The notes below the pieces were generated by a model, which made no database searches, was not told where the DNA came from, and saw only the letters and a program-made list of their open reading frames with translations. From Eledone cirrhosa (taxonomy: Eukaryota), in the NCBI GenBank assembly GCA_964016885.1, contig OZ024744.1, forward strand, positions 63,054,001 to 63,118,000: DNA of 64,000 bases, in the 5' to 3' direction. The translations under genes were made by a program, and so were the position numbers. Shown piece by piece: positions 50,813-62,804 of the stretch (positions within the stretch are counted from its first letter, which is position 1; each line of letters starts with the position of its first letter).

Positions 50813-52675
50813 GATATATATAGATATTTATAGAGGTCGTGGTCTAGCAATCTTAGTAGTTCACAAAGGAGGAAGAACTTAATATTTGTAATAGAATATA
50901 TATATATATATTCATTTTCTTGCATGAAAGCTATGTTATTTCATCAAAGTGAGTGGGATGTTCACTAAGCCTCTTCAGAGAAATGATGGGTTTTTATTAT
51001 TTGTTCATTTTATATAAGTGTGTGTGTGTATGAGAAGCTGTTGGGGAGAGGTGTGGAGGGCATAGTAAGTGAAACTAGGAGAATTAATGTAAGTTCTAGT
51101 GATTTCATATGGTCAGTTAAGTTAGTAGTAATCTTAGTACTATTCCGAGCAAGTGAGAGGAGAACCATCAAAAACAATGTAGAAGCAAAAAGAAAACATT
51201 TAGATAGCTATAGCTAAAGAGAAGTGACCAGTGGTGTCAGTAGTTTGTATGCAACTTGGAAGCCATGCTGTGATTTGATCAACCACTGTCAAGCCATCGG
51301 GATGAGGGTGTATGTTGTAAGGCCCAAAACACCCAGCGACATCAAGATGCAATACTGATGATGTGTCCAAGGTTTTGCATCTGTAGTTTTAAGACCAAAA
51401 ACACCCAGTTACTCCAGAATATAATACTGATGATGCATCCATCGTCATGTAGGTGTCATGACAAAAATCACTCAGCCCACACTGTAAAGTGGTTGTGTAG
51501 GTGTCACAACAAAAAGCACCCAGCACACATTGTAAATGTGGTGGGCATCCAACCATAGAAACTTAGCCAGAAACAGTTCTGTGTGAGCAAGACACGGTCA
51601 CCTGACCCAACTTGCCTCAAATGAGACAACCCATCTAGCCCATGCTAGTGTGGAAAAGTGGATGTTAAACGATGATGACGATTGTGTGAAGAACTTGTAG
51701 GTTTCTAGATATTAAGATATAGATATTAAGTGAAATATATATTTGTGTGTGGAGGTAGTTTATTTTATTATAAGTTATGGAATCAAAATAATAAATTTAC
51801 AATTGAAAATACTTGAACTAAAAATTAGGTGGTGATATATCTATAGGATTACCAGTAGATACTGACCCAATTTGATATATTCTTGTAGTGATAGAAAACT
51901 ATATTGGTGAGATAGATGGGTTTTTTTTTCCTTATGTTTTTTAATTAAGTGTTTGGGTTTTTGTTTAAGGTCTTGTAAGGAAGGTGGGGGTGTTAAGTAG
52001 AGTAGAAACGGTGAAGAAGTTATTTACCAGTACACATACTCATATGCATCTACTCCAATATTATCCAAGCAGATAGATGTACATACACACACACTCACTT
52101 CTACTATTGGTTAAGTCTTTACATATTTATGAATTCAAACACACATATTTGTACATAAGCATTTACCTATACATATTCATATATCTTCATCTCTTTGCAC
52201 ATGTAAACATCTGGAAGGTTTTCTATCAATATAGCATTGAGTAGTGTAAATTGGTTTGGTTGCGTCACACTGAATACCCTTCCATAGTGATATGTATTTC
52301 GAAGATTTGAATTGCCTGTGTATCAGAAAAGTATTTAACTCTTTAGCATTTACATTACTCTATATTTACTATTGTATTTCATGGTAAATGCTTTATCTCA
52401 CATAATATTGAATCTATGTGATTTTGATATTATTTATTTTGAGAACAATACCTTAACATCAGTATGAGTGGCTGGTTTGAACAAAGAGTTGTATGATAAT
52501 ACTGCACATTTTCACAATGATCTGTCCAATAATAATGATACTATAAACATTTGAATTAACAGATTACGTTTTTATATATTTTATCCTAAATCATTACAGG
52601 ATGTTAAGAGTTAATGTAATAATTATTTATAACAAAGTATTTATTAAAAAAAAAAAAAATCTATGTTGGTTTCAG

Positions 52676-52773
52676 CTAAAGAAGTTAAAACTGCCACACC
52701 AGAAGCTAAGAAAAGACAATGGGAATTATGGACAGTTGATGAGAAAAGTACATTTTTCCAAGCTTTAAATGAG
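52676..52773 (+). CDS. CRAMP1: cramped-like coding exon 3 (start of SANT domain: KRQWELWTVDEKSTFFQALNE)
   Basis: TTTCAG| acceptor and |GTAAC donor; resembles the cramped SANT start (RQWExW...FF..L.E). Confidence 0.92.
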
Positions 52774-53349
52774 GTAACAATTATTTTTGTTATTTTTGTA
52801 TTTTTGCAACTAATTTGATACACACCATAGGCACAGGCATAGCTGTGTAGTTAAGAAATCCATTTTGCAACAACATTATTTTTGCATGCTATCACATTGT
52901 TGCACCTTCTAAAACCTCAGGCCAATCAATACCGTGTAAAGGAATTTAGTTGATGGAAACTGTTATGTGAAAGTGGTTGTCTCTGTGACTTAAATTGTTT
53001 GTCATACTGTGGAAAGGGGATTGTAAGAATGTCTGTGTGATGGGTGGGGTGGAGGCAATAACAAAACACCAACATTTTATTTTTTAATCTTATGTCTCTA
53101 TGGAAGGAGGATGGTGAGAGTATGTTTTAAAGAGGAATTACTTTTTAAAACTTCTGTCACACTGCGGAAAGGGATGGTAAGAATATGTGCAAGAGAGAGA
53201 ACCATAGCAGTGGTGGTGCCAAAAATATTTTTTTAAATCTACTCTGTATGAAAATTTTGCTTATTTTAAAATTATAAATGAGTAAAATATTCCATTTTGA
53301 TAGTTTTAGTCATTTGTATTTTTAAGTGTATTTAGCTTATTAAATACTG

Positions 53350-54845
53350 TATATAATCTGGTGGGCTCTTAGAAAACTAGGAGTAGATGAATGGCTTGTG
53401 AAAGCGGTACAAGCCATGTATAGGGGAGCAGTCAGCAAAGTTAGGATTAGCAATGAGTATAGCGAGGAATTTAGCGTACAGGTTGGGGTCCACCAGGGCT
53501 TTATTCTTAGCCCACTCCTGTTCATCATAGTCCTGCAGGCAATAACGGAGGAGTTTAAGACCGGATGCCCATGGGAACTCCTGTATGCTGATGACCTCGC
53601 ACTCATAGCTGAATCTATGATAGAACTAGAGAAGAAATTCCAAACCTGGAAGCAGGGACTAGAAAGAAAGGGTCTCAAAGTCAACATGACAAAGACTAAG
53701 GTCCTTGTAAGTAGACGAGAAAACAGAACCCAGATCCCTCAGGGAAATGGCCTTGCTCAGTATGTAGGAAAGGTGTAGGTAGGAACTCCATTCTCTGCCC
53801 CAAATGCAAACAATGGGTACACAAGAGATGTAGCGGGATCTCAGGAAGCTTAATTAAGAATGTAGGACTCACATGCAGCAGCTGTCCTGAGACAGCAAAC
53901 AGCCAGAGGAAACAAGTACCACCAATCTCTGGGAGGGCCCTGTAGAAACAGTAGACAGCTTCTGCTACCTAGGTGACCGAATTAGCAACGGAGGTGGGTG
54001 TTGAGAAAGTGCAATAACTAGGGTAAGAACGGGATGGAAGAAGTTTAGGGAACTACTACCACTGCTAGCTGCAAAAGGCTTCTCCCTCAGAATGAAAGGC
54101 AGACTGTATGATGCGTGTATCCGAACAGCGATGTTGCATGGTAGCGAGACCTGGGCGCTGAAGGTGGAAGACTTACGTAGATTAGAGAGAAACGAAGCCT
54201 GCATGCTCCGATGGATGTGTAACAATAATATACGTGAACGACAAAGCATAAATGAATTGAGAGAGAGACTGAGCATAAGAGGAATCAAATGCTGTGTGCA
54301 GGAGAGGCGGTTGCGCTGGTATGGACATGTGATGCGTATGAAGGATGACAGCTGCATAAAAAGGTGCAGAGCACTAGAAGTTGATGGAAACCGCGGAGTG
54401 GGGAGACCCAAGATGACCTGGGATGAGGTGTTAAAAGCCGACCTTACCCAATTACACCTCTCAAAGACAATGACACACGACCGTGACTTCTGGCGTCACG
54501 GAGTAATACAGAGTACCCGACCTCCCATGGGTACAAGCTGAAGCATATAGACAATATGCCCCCATACCCCCCACCGCAAGGTGGTCGTGGAGGTGCCACG
54601 GCAAAAAAGCACCCAGCCCACACTGTAAAGTGGACGTGTAGGCGCCACGAAAAAGCACCCAGCACTCACTGTAAATGAGGTTGGTGTTAGGAAGGGCATC
54701 CAGCTGTAGAAATCAAGCCAAATCAGTTCCTGTATGAGCAAGGCATGGTCAGCCGACCAGACACTGCCCACAACAGGACAACCCGTCTAACCCATGCTAG
54801 CGTGGAAGAACGGACGTAAAACGGTGATGATGATGATGATGATTA
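53350..54845 (+). mobile_element. RTE LINE 3' part (RT, inserted PHD-like Cys region, 3' UTR), intronic
   Basis: GVHQG..LSPLLF, LLYADDL, C..C..WVHKRC, MLHGSETW, RLRWYGHV; (GAT)n tail. Confidence 0.93.
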
Positions 54846-54934
54846 TTTGTGACAGTTTTATATATCTGTCCAACCCATGGAAAAATGGACATAAAATAGC
54901 ATGATGATAATGACAATGATATATATCATCATTA

Positions 54935-55200
54935 TCATCATCATCATTTAACTCCATCTTCCACACTAGCATGTGTAGGACGAGGTGCCTCTTTGTGAGG
55001 GATCAGGTCAGGAGACTGATTTGCTCACACAGAACTGATTTTAGGTGGGTTTCTATGGCTGGATGCCTTTTCTAACACCAACCACATTTACAGTGTGTAC
55101 TGGGTGCTTATTGCTGTGTCACCTACTTGACACCTACAGTGAGGACTGGGTGTTTTTTGTCATGACACCTACATGGCCACTATTAGTTTGGGCTGGGCTC
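54935..55200 (-). mobile_element. RTE-tail SINE, tail-to-tail with the preceding LINE
   Basis: (CAT)n..TTCCACACTAGCATG..GGCTGGATGCCTTTTCTAACACCAACC. Confidence 0.7.
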
Positions 55201-55593
55201 TTTTGTCGTGGCTCCAGGAAGTGGTGGTGATGATGATTATTATTATTTTGGTATAACAGATGCATTCATAATTTTGTCAGTGAAAATCATGTAATTTGCA
55301 AAAGGTAGAATTTGTTTTAGTATATATATATATATATATTGTCTCATGTATAAGTCTCACTTTTTTCCTTGAAAATATGACATGGAAAACCAACATGTGA
55401 CTTATCTAGTGAACCTACAAAATTTCAAGGGAGAGGAAAGACTGGCATGAGAAGCCGACTGCTGGTCTTCCATAAAACACTGTGCCCCGGCGTGTGTGTT
55501 GGAGAGGAACTTTCCAGGTGAAAACCCATGGTCTATCATAACCAAAGAGGGTCTTCTAAGCATTTTAACGCTGTTTTCTTTGCTTGTATTTGT

Positions 55594-55814
55594 TTAACCC
55601 CTTAGCATTTAAACTAGCTATATCTGGCCAGAATCCTCTCGCCTCTTTCTGTTCCAACCGACCATAACTGGCTATTCATGGTATTATTAAGGTGTTCTCA
55701 AAATAAATAACATCAAAATCTCATAGATTCAATATTGTGTGAGATATTGAGATAAAGCCTTTACCTTTAAAATACAATAGTATATATAGAGTAATGTAAA
55801 TGCTAAAGGATCAA
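55594..55814. mobile_element. piggyBac-like AT-rich MITE (TTAA-CCC ends)
   Basis: TTAACCCCTTAGCATTTA ... TAAATGCTAAAGGATCAA; relatives at ~52335, 56046-56714, 58735-58969 and ~62020-62375. Confidence 0.55.
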
Positions 55815-55873
55815 ATGTTTGTTTTCAGTTAAGTTGTTTTTTTCTAAGTGAATGATAATCATTTTAATTTCAG

Positions 55874-56027
55874 TGTGGTAGAGACTTTGATGCTATACAG
55901 AATAACTTTGCTCAAAAATATAAAAAGAAAGGTGCTCCAGCAATGATGATTAAAAACAAAGAACAAGTCCGACATTTCTATTACAGAACTTGGAATAAAA
56001 TTTCTAAATACATTGAAATGAAAGATG
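55874..56027 (+). CDS. CRAMP1: cramped-like coding exon 4 (CGRDFDAIQNNFAQKYKKKG...KNKEQVRHFYYRTWNKISKYI)
   Basis: KNKEQVRHFYYRTW is the hallmark cramped/CRAMP1 SANT motif; canonical AG/GT sites. Confidence 0.96.
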
Positions 56028-56045
56028 GTGAGTTATTTCTTTGAT

Positions 56046-56714
56046 TTAACCCTTATGATGCCAACCACCTGAACCCCACCTCCATGGTTTTATGATACAA
56101 TGCTGTTATTTTAAAGTGTTTATATTTATCTAAAAACCTTCTTCCAACAAACAAAGACAAGTTAAATGATGAGAAAGTCATATTACCAAATTCTTTCGAA
56201 TTCTTGTTTTCAAAATGATTTGCAAATTATACACCAGCAATCTTCCTATCTAAAACAGGAGTTAGCTTTGCAAATCCCATGACAACCGTTACCACTTTGC
56301 TTTATCATTTGTATCCCCACTCACCAACATCTTTGTACTGTTTTACTTCTCCTTTATCTTTTTTCTGGTAATAAAATGAATAAATTATTTGTATGTATTC
56401 AAACTAGCTATTCACATTTCCTTCTCATCCATCATATTTGCATTCACACTTAGTTTAACTATTCCATTGTCATATTTCTAATGAAAGACACGGCATTTGA
56501 TTTTCAAATAAATTTCAAAATAATCAAGAATTTGGAGTGATTTATTAATATAACTAACTTGTTCATTATTTATTTGTTGTTTGGAATATGACATAACAAA
56601 GTTCTTATATAAAATTATAATGGAAGATTTTTAGATAAATATAAACACTTTAAAACAACTTTGTATTGTAGAACCAAGAAGGGTTTTATGTGGTTTGGTA
56701 TCAAAAGGGTTCAA
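56046..56714. mobile_element. piggyBac-like MITE
   Basis: TTAACCCTTATGATGCCAACC ... GGTTTGGTATCAAAAGGGTT; long imperfect internal inverted repeats. Confidence 0.6.
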
Positions 56715-56804
56715 AAACATAAATGTGTTTAATGTTAAATCCCTGATTAGTCTCCACTGAATAAAAAAAAAATGAAATGTAATGTTTGTTTTTTATTCAT
56801 TCAG

Positions 56805-56876
56805 GTATTAAAAAACACGCTCTTGAAGTCTATGGTTTGATTCATTATGGTGAAATGCGAAAAAGGCTTGGTGGAA
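56805..56876 (+). CDS. CRAMP1: cramped-like coding exon 5 (IKKHALEVYGLIHYGEMRKRLGG)
   Basis: E.YGLI.YGE.RK motif; splice phases 1/1 consistent. Confidence 0.92.
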
Positions 56877-57699
56877 GTAAGTACCTCTCAAAACTTTTCT
56901 ATGATATAATCAGAGGAAAAAGGGCAGCTTTCGATGTTCTTTTTTGGGATCTCCAACACTGGTAGGAGGGAGTTAAATTACTCGAGACAGACTTTAGATA
57001 GCTAGGAGATATGCTGAGAGGTAAGAGATCACCTGTCTCTGCTTGCAGTGTCGGAGCAAAGATTGACAACTAGGGGAGATACAACTCCTACACCTATAAA
57101 ATCACAGATCAAAGGAAATCAGGTTCAGTTCCTATACATATTAAAAAAATACAAATCAAAGACTTAGTTGCTATATGATCAATTTTCAAGTCTTAATTCA
57201 GAAAGAACATCATGTCTCGGATTCTGGGAAATATGGTGATTTTCAGTTCTGGCATTCACATCTAATTTTGCCGTTTTATGATTGCAATATCAATGGGCCA
57301 TTAATTTGACTCATCAATTCACATTTTTACAGCCCCATCCCCCGAAAGCACTACACTCAACACTACGCCCATTCCTTCTCTCTCAGGATGTTGTCATTCT
57401 GGAATTCTCCAAGTGCACATGCCTTTCCTACAGGAGTTGATTTGCAACAATTTAAATTGAACATCAGCAACATTGGTCTTGACGGGCCTGAAAAACCAAG
57501 GGCACAGTCCATTTCTCCACCCCTAGTAAATAAAACTGAAGAGACAACACGCATTATAAGGTTATTTTCCCTGCTGACCCTGAGACAAGCTTTGTCCTAT
57601 CCTAAACATCCCCTTCACTAATCCTGCAGCTTGGTCTTCCCTTTCTACATTCATTTCCATCTCTCACCCTGTCACTTTCATCCTTCCTCAATGCATGAC

Positions 57700-58220
57700 C
57701 TAACCATCTTATTCCATTTCTTTTTACATCATTTGTCCCATCGTCCTCTAAAATTTATTGTTGGTCTTCCTCTCTCTTAGCAATACTCTAATTCACCGAA
57801 CCATTCTCATTTCTTTTCTTTCCTGTCTTCTCCACTATTCCATATTCATCACCCATATCATACTCCCATAAATCGGGGCAATTCTCATACATATAGCACA
57901 CACCTTTCTCTTCAGTTTCAGTGACGCAGCACTCCACTCGGTTTCACTCTCATCATCATCATCATTTTATGCCTGTTTTTCCATGATTGCATGGGTTGGA
58001 TGGGTCTTCCCTTCCACAGCCTCCTATTTACTGCATTCTCTTCTGTGAGGTTCAACATTATGAAATCTGCTCCTGTCATTTCAATCCATGTGTTTCTTGA
58101 CTTTCCACCACTGCAGCTTCTTTCCACTGTGATCTTGTGACACTTCATCCAATGATCATCATCCATACACATCGTATCTCTACAATCTTCTCTCTTGCAC
58201 ACTACATCTGATTTCTTATT
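57700..58220 (-). mobile_element. Decayed RTE 3' fragments
   Basis: MDDDHWMKC...G.SRNTW..LW remnants followed by CCCATGCAATCATGGAAAA..(GAT)n. Confidence 0.55.
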
Positions 58221-58425
58221 TTTTTAATCTTTTTATCTTAGAGCCATCAAACTATCCTAAATATCCCCAAGTGTTCTACTTTGTAAAGGTTCATTTAAGA
58301 AACAATATTTAATTTGAAGAATAACAATCAAAAGATATTAAAAATGTGTATTTGAATTAGAATATTTGCTGGAAATAGTCAATAATGTTTCAAATTGATT
58401 ATTATATTTCTCTTTGTATTTATAG

Positions 58426-58474
58426 TGAGAGCTGATAAAAATCTACACAAATTAAATGAATTCATTCAAGAAGG
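58426..58474 (+). CDS. CRAMP1: cramped-like coding exon 6 (MRADKNLHKLNEFIQEG)
   Basis: TATAG| acceptor, GG|GTATG donor; phases 1/2 fit; KLNE.I..G motif. Confidence 0.88.
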
Positions 58475-59183
58475 GTATGCTATCATTTTTTTAAATTTTT
58501 TTTTCTACAAAATAGCATGAGGAAAACCTTTTTCAAGGCCTTTGAGACTGGTGGGAAGGAGGGGAGTACTCGTGACCAATCTCTGTGCCTCCATGGTGGG
58601 TGGGTGGGTGGGGGGGAAAGTGCCCATAATTCTTTTTCAGAACAACAACACAAATAATGAATGAAAGATAAGTTATAATTACCAAATATATTTTGAAATA
58701 TACTTGGTGTGTAAAAAAATAATTTGTTTTTTTTTTAACCCTTTATATGTTAAACTACTGCTGGTTCTATGATTTTAAAGTGTTTATATTTATCTAAAAA
58801 CATCTTCAACTATAATTTTTATGTAAAAAAAGCCATCGTTAAGTTATAATCTAAACACCATTTTAGTAATAAGTTAGTTTATTACTAAATCTCTTCAAAT
58901 TTTTGATTATTTTCAAAATGATTTTAAAATCACAGTCCTTCATTAGAAATAGGGTAGCAAAAGGTTTAAAGTGTTTATATTAATCTTAAATTATTTTATG
59001 TACCAACTTAATGATGTCACCAAATTCTTGATTATTTTCAAAATGATTAAAAATCAAAAGCAGTCTTTTTTATAAAATATGGTAATGACAGTGTTAAATT
59101 GGATTCTTGTAGGTTTTGGACTTTCTTTATTTTTATAAAACAATTATGCATTTCATATATTTTGACTCTTGTTGTAATTTTAG

Positions 59184-59269
59184 ATCTACATTGATAAAAA
59201 TTCGAAGGAAAAGCTTTAGAATTCGAACACCATATTGTAATGCATTAAAGAAAATTAATAATGTTGAAG
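59184..59269 (+). CDS. CRAMP1: cramped-like coding exon 7 (STLIKIRRKSFRIRTPYCNALKKINNVE)
   Basis: RI.TP.C.ALKK motif; phases 2/1 fit. Confidence 0.9.
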
Positions 59270-59344
59270 GTAAATATAAAATGAATTAATTTATTTAATG
59301 TGTAACATTTTACAGTTTATTGAATCAAATATGTGTTTGGAAAA

Positions 59345-59520
59345 TATATTATGGGTGCAGTCATGGCTGTTTGGTTAAGAAGTTTGCTTTGGAACCACAT
59401 GGTTTCGTGTTCAGTTCTCTTGTTTGACACCATGGGCAAATGTCTTTCATTCTATCCCTGGCCAACCAAAGCATTGAGTGAATTTGGTAGACAAAAACTG
59501 TATAGAAGCCCATTGTGTGT
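59345..59520 (+). mobile_element. tRNA-derived SINE (relatives at ~52830, 60370-60530 and 62688-62800)
   Basis: ATGGCTGTTTGGTTAAGAAGTTTGCT..AACCACATGGTTTCGTGTTCAGT..GGGCAAATGTCTT..TTGAGTGAATTTGGTAGAC. Confidence 0.7.
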
Positions 59521-59817
59521 GTGTCTGTGTGCATGTACAAACACACTGTTGTACCTTATTCAGTAGTATTCTTAGAATTTTAAACCTAACCCATTATACA
59601 ATCCACAGTGGGTAGATTGTTTTCAATCCTTTGACCATGTGCAGGAATGTTTATTTATAGTTGTTTAGTTTCACTATGCATTAATTCAGCTGAGAGCACA
59701 TATAAATTGCTACAGCCGTCGCTGGAGTGGGGGGGGGGGTGACCTTAACTATGTATCTGTGATCTGTCACATCAACAATATGTAGAGAGTTGATATAACT
59801 TGTGCCATCATTAAATC

Positions 59818-60100
59818 ACCCAAGAAATTTCCTATGAGACACAACCTCATAGGCCAGCTAAACCTATTTAGGTGTGAGCTGAAACAACTGCATAGTGTTG
59901 ACAGGACTAGGGACCCTAATCATTAAAAAAACCCAAGAAATCTATGAAATGCATCTTCATAGGAGATCAACTAAATCTATATGGGTGTGAGCTCTAACAA
60001 CAATAGCATATACTGTTGATAGGACTGGGGTCCTTATCATTAAAACACCTGAGATTTGACCTCATAGAAAGCCAATTAAACACATAGATGTGAACTCTAT
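59818..60100. repeat. ~113-bp degenerate tandem repeat (about 2.5 units)
   Basis: CTATGA..CTCATAG..GTGTGAGCT..TGTTGA.AGGACT.GG..C.T.ATCATTAAAA recurs. Confidence 0.7.
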
Positions 60101-60124
60101 AACTTTTCATTTCATTATTCCTAG

Positions 60125-60327
60125 ATCCAGTTGAAGATGATGATTCCATGTGTCGAGTTCCTGAAAGAGTTACTCTTGAACTAAACCCCAAAAATAACTC
60201 TGCATGGTTCCATGTTCAAGAAATGGCTCAGAATCCACGTTTGCGAATGACTTTAAAATCTGACCAACACTTATCAACTGTAATGTCATTTTTACAAAAG
60301 AAATGGAAGCCACCGCGACTCAAACTT
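60125..60327 (+). CDS. CRAMP1: cramped-like coding exon 8 (VPERVTLELNPKNNSAWFHVQEMAQNPRLRM...FLQKKWK)
   Basis: Conserved EL.P....AW..VQ..AQNPRLR motif; ends at the U12-type donor GTATCCTTTT. Confidence 0.93.
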
Positions 60328-60932
60328 GTATCCTTTTTTTCCTATTTTAAATTACCAGTTAATATACATAGGCATGATTCAGTGGTTAAAACGTTTGCAT
60401 CAAATCCATGTGGTTTTAGGTACAGTTCCACTGTAACACCTTGGACAAGTGTCTTCTACTGTAGTCTCATGTTGACCAATGCCTTGTGAGTGGAATTTGG
60501 GAAATGGAAACTGTAAGGAAGCCTATCATACATATATTTTCTCCAAAATGACTGGACAGAATACATGCTTTTTCTAAAAAAAAAAAAAAATGTTTCCATT
60601 CCTTCCTCTTCTTGCGTTCTATCTATCTATTTTAAATTTTATTTCTCATTCTATCTTCATATAAAGGACTAGTGTCCAAAACATAAGACTCTTTTCCATC
60701 TATATCAAGCGTTAAAGTAATTATATTTCTTTGTTGTACTTTGTTGTTTGTTACTTTTTGTATATATATATATATATACATATATATCTATACATACATA
60801 TATATATCATCATCATCATCATTGTTTAACGTCCAACTTCCATGCTAGCATGGGTTAGACGGTTTTGTTCCATTTGATGTGCAGGTTTCTTTTTAAAAGC
60901 TAGATGCCCTTCCTAACACCAACTACATTTAC

Positions 60933-60981
<49 letters not shown>

Positions 60982-61554
60982 TACTACATATATCTTCATA
61001 TATCTATATATATCTTTATATGTTCATGGAGGCACATGGCTTAGTGGTTAGAGCATTGGCCTTGCAATCGAAAGGTTGTGAGTTCAATTCTCAGACCGGG
61101 TGATGTGTTGTTTCCTTGAGCAAGACACTTTATTTCACATTGCTCCAGTTTACTCAGCTGTAGAAATGAGATGATAGGGACCCCAGTCCCTATCATTCCA
61201 CGGCAAAAAAGCACCCAGCACTCACTGTAAATGAGGTTGGTGTTAGGAAGGGCATCCAACTGTAGAAATCAAGCCAGAATCAGTTCCTGTCCCACCCTTG
61301 TAAGCAGGGAAAAAGCGGACGTAAAATGAAATGATGATGAATGATGATTGATATTGTTTTTAATAAAAGTCAAGAAGTTTGTTTGTGTCTCAGTAGAGAT
61401 ATATACCATAGCTAAAAAATAAATAAAATAATAAAGTAATAAATTATATGTTGGTGTTGGGAAATGTATTCATCCATAGAAAAGAGAAACTTCCTCAAAA
61501 ACCCATACCAGCACAAAAAAGCAGATAAATTATGATGATGATGGCTACAACAAT

Positions 61555-61588
<34 letters not shown>

Positions 61589-61845
61589 AAGCCTCTGAAA
61601 TTATTTGTAATCATTTTTGCATCTACTTTCCATGCTAACATTGATTTGACAAATTGTCATGGTCCACGACGAGACGTGTACAAAACTTCATCTTGCTCAT
61701 ACATTCCATATTTGGCATAGGTTTGACAAGTTGTCATGGTCTGGGACTAGATGGGTTCGAGAACCACGTCTTGCTCATATATTTCATAACACATAGTGTT
61801 TTCTTGTCTAATTTTTAATGAAACATTTCCTTCACACTTTACTAG
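60328..61845 (+). other. U12-type (minor spliceosome) GT-AG intron
   Basis: 5' splice site GTATCCTTTT; branch site TTTCCTTCAC at 61826-61835, 10 nt before the end of TAG; phase 0 joins two open exons. Confidence 0.85.
61026..61345 (+). mobile_element. Full-length-looking tRNA-head SINE with RTE-derived tail
   Basis: TGGCTTAGTGGTTAGAGC (A box), GAGTTCAATTC (B box), TTGAGCAAGACAC core, then GCACCCAGCACTCACTGTAAATGAGGTTGGTGTTAGGAAGGGCATCCA identical to the RTE 3' UTR at ~54655-54702. Confidence 0.85.
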
Positions 61846-61996
61846 AAAGAAAGTTTGAACTCATTTGACGAAACCCAAAAGCAACTAGTATTGTATCCTC
61901 ATAGGTACAGTAAATGCTACCCAGTTTCTCTTCAAGCAATAGAAACAGCACCAAAGCCTGATCTGAAGCTCAGTAACTATTATACAAACATAAAGG
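61846..61996 (+). CDS. CRAMP1: cramped-like coding exon 9 (KESLNSFDETQKQLVLYPH...); gene continues
   Basis: Open frame after the U12 acceptor; donor G|GTAATT at 61997; an alternative donor AG|GTACAG near 61904 is possible. Confidence 0.7.
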
Positions 61997-62804
61997 GTAA
62001 TTATGTATTCCTTTCTAACTCTTAACGTCCTGTACCACATGAAACCACATTAGCAAGACATTCTTTAAAAATACAAAACAGCACTATGGCAGTATCATGT
62101 TAAAAGTTGAAGCCTTTACTACACATTTTCACAACAATCTATTCACCAGTAAAAATACTGTAAACATTTGAATTAACAAACTACAAAAAAAAACACATTA
62201 GCAAAACATTCTTGAAAAGTGCTAATAGTACTATTATATCATATAAAAAAATGTTTATACTATTTGAGAAATTTAGTTGTATTACTAAATCCCTTCAAAT
62301 TCTTGATTATTTTCAAAAATATTCAAAAACCATAGGCAGTGTTTTTCATCAGAAATATGACAACGAAAGGGTTAAAGTGTTTATATCTATCTAAAAACCT
62401 TTCACCATAATTTTATGTAAGAACCTTTATGTTCTGAACACTAGTTTAATGAAAAAGTTATTTATATTACTGACACTGTAAATTCTTAATTATTTTCAAA
62501 ATAATTAGAAACACATAAGCAGTGTCTTTCATTAGAAACATGGTAAGAAAATATTTAATACAAAAAAAAAAAATAATAAAGATATGGAGTTATAAAATTA
62601 ACTGCTACATTGTAGATTTTGAATTGAGTTTTAAATGAGAAACAATCCCATTGTATTTCAACAGATGAAATTTGGATATTACTTCACAGCCATGTGATAA
62701 AGAAATTTGCTTCACAACCATATGGTTGGGGTTTGCTACCACTGCATGTCATCTTAGGCTTTGTATTGATGGTAGATGGGGACTGTTTAGAAGTTTGTCA
62801 TATA

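Noticed and set aside
57363-57621. Overlapping short ORFs in a cramped intron
   Set aside because: No splice-phase fit or recognisable domain; probably a decayed TE fragment
61030-61105. tRNA gene
   Set aside because: A and B boxes are present but there is no complete cloverleaf, and it continues into a SINE core and LINE tail
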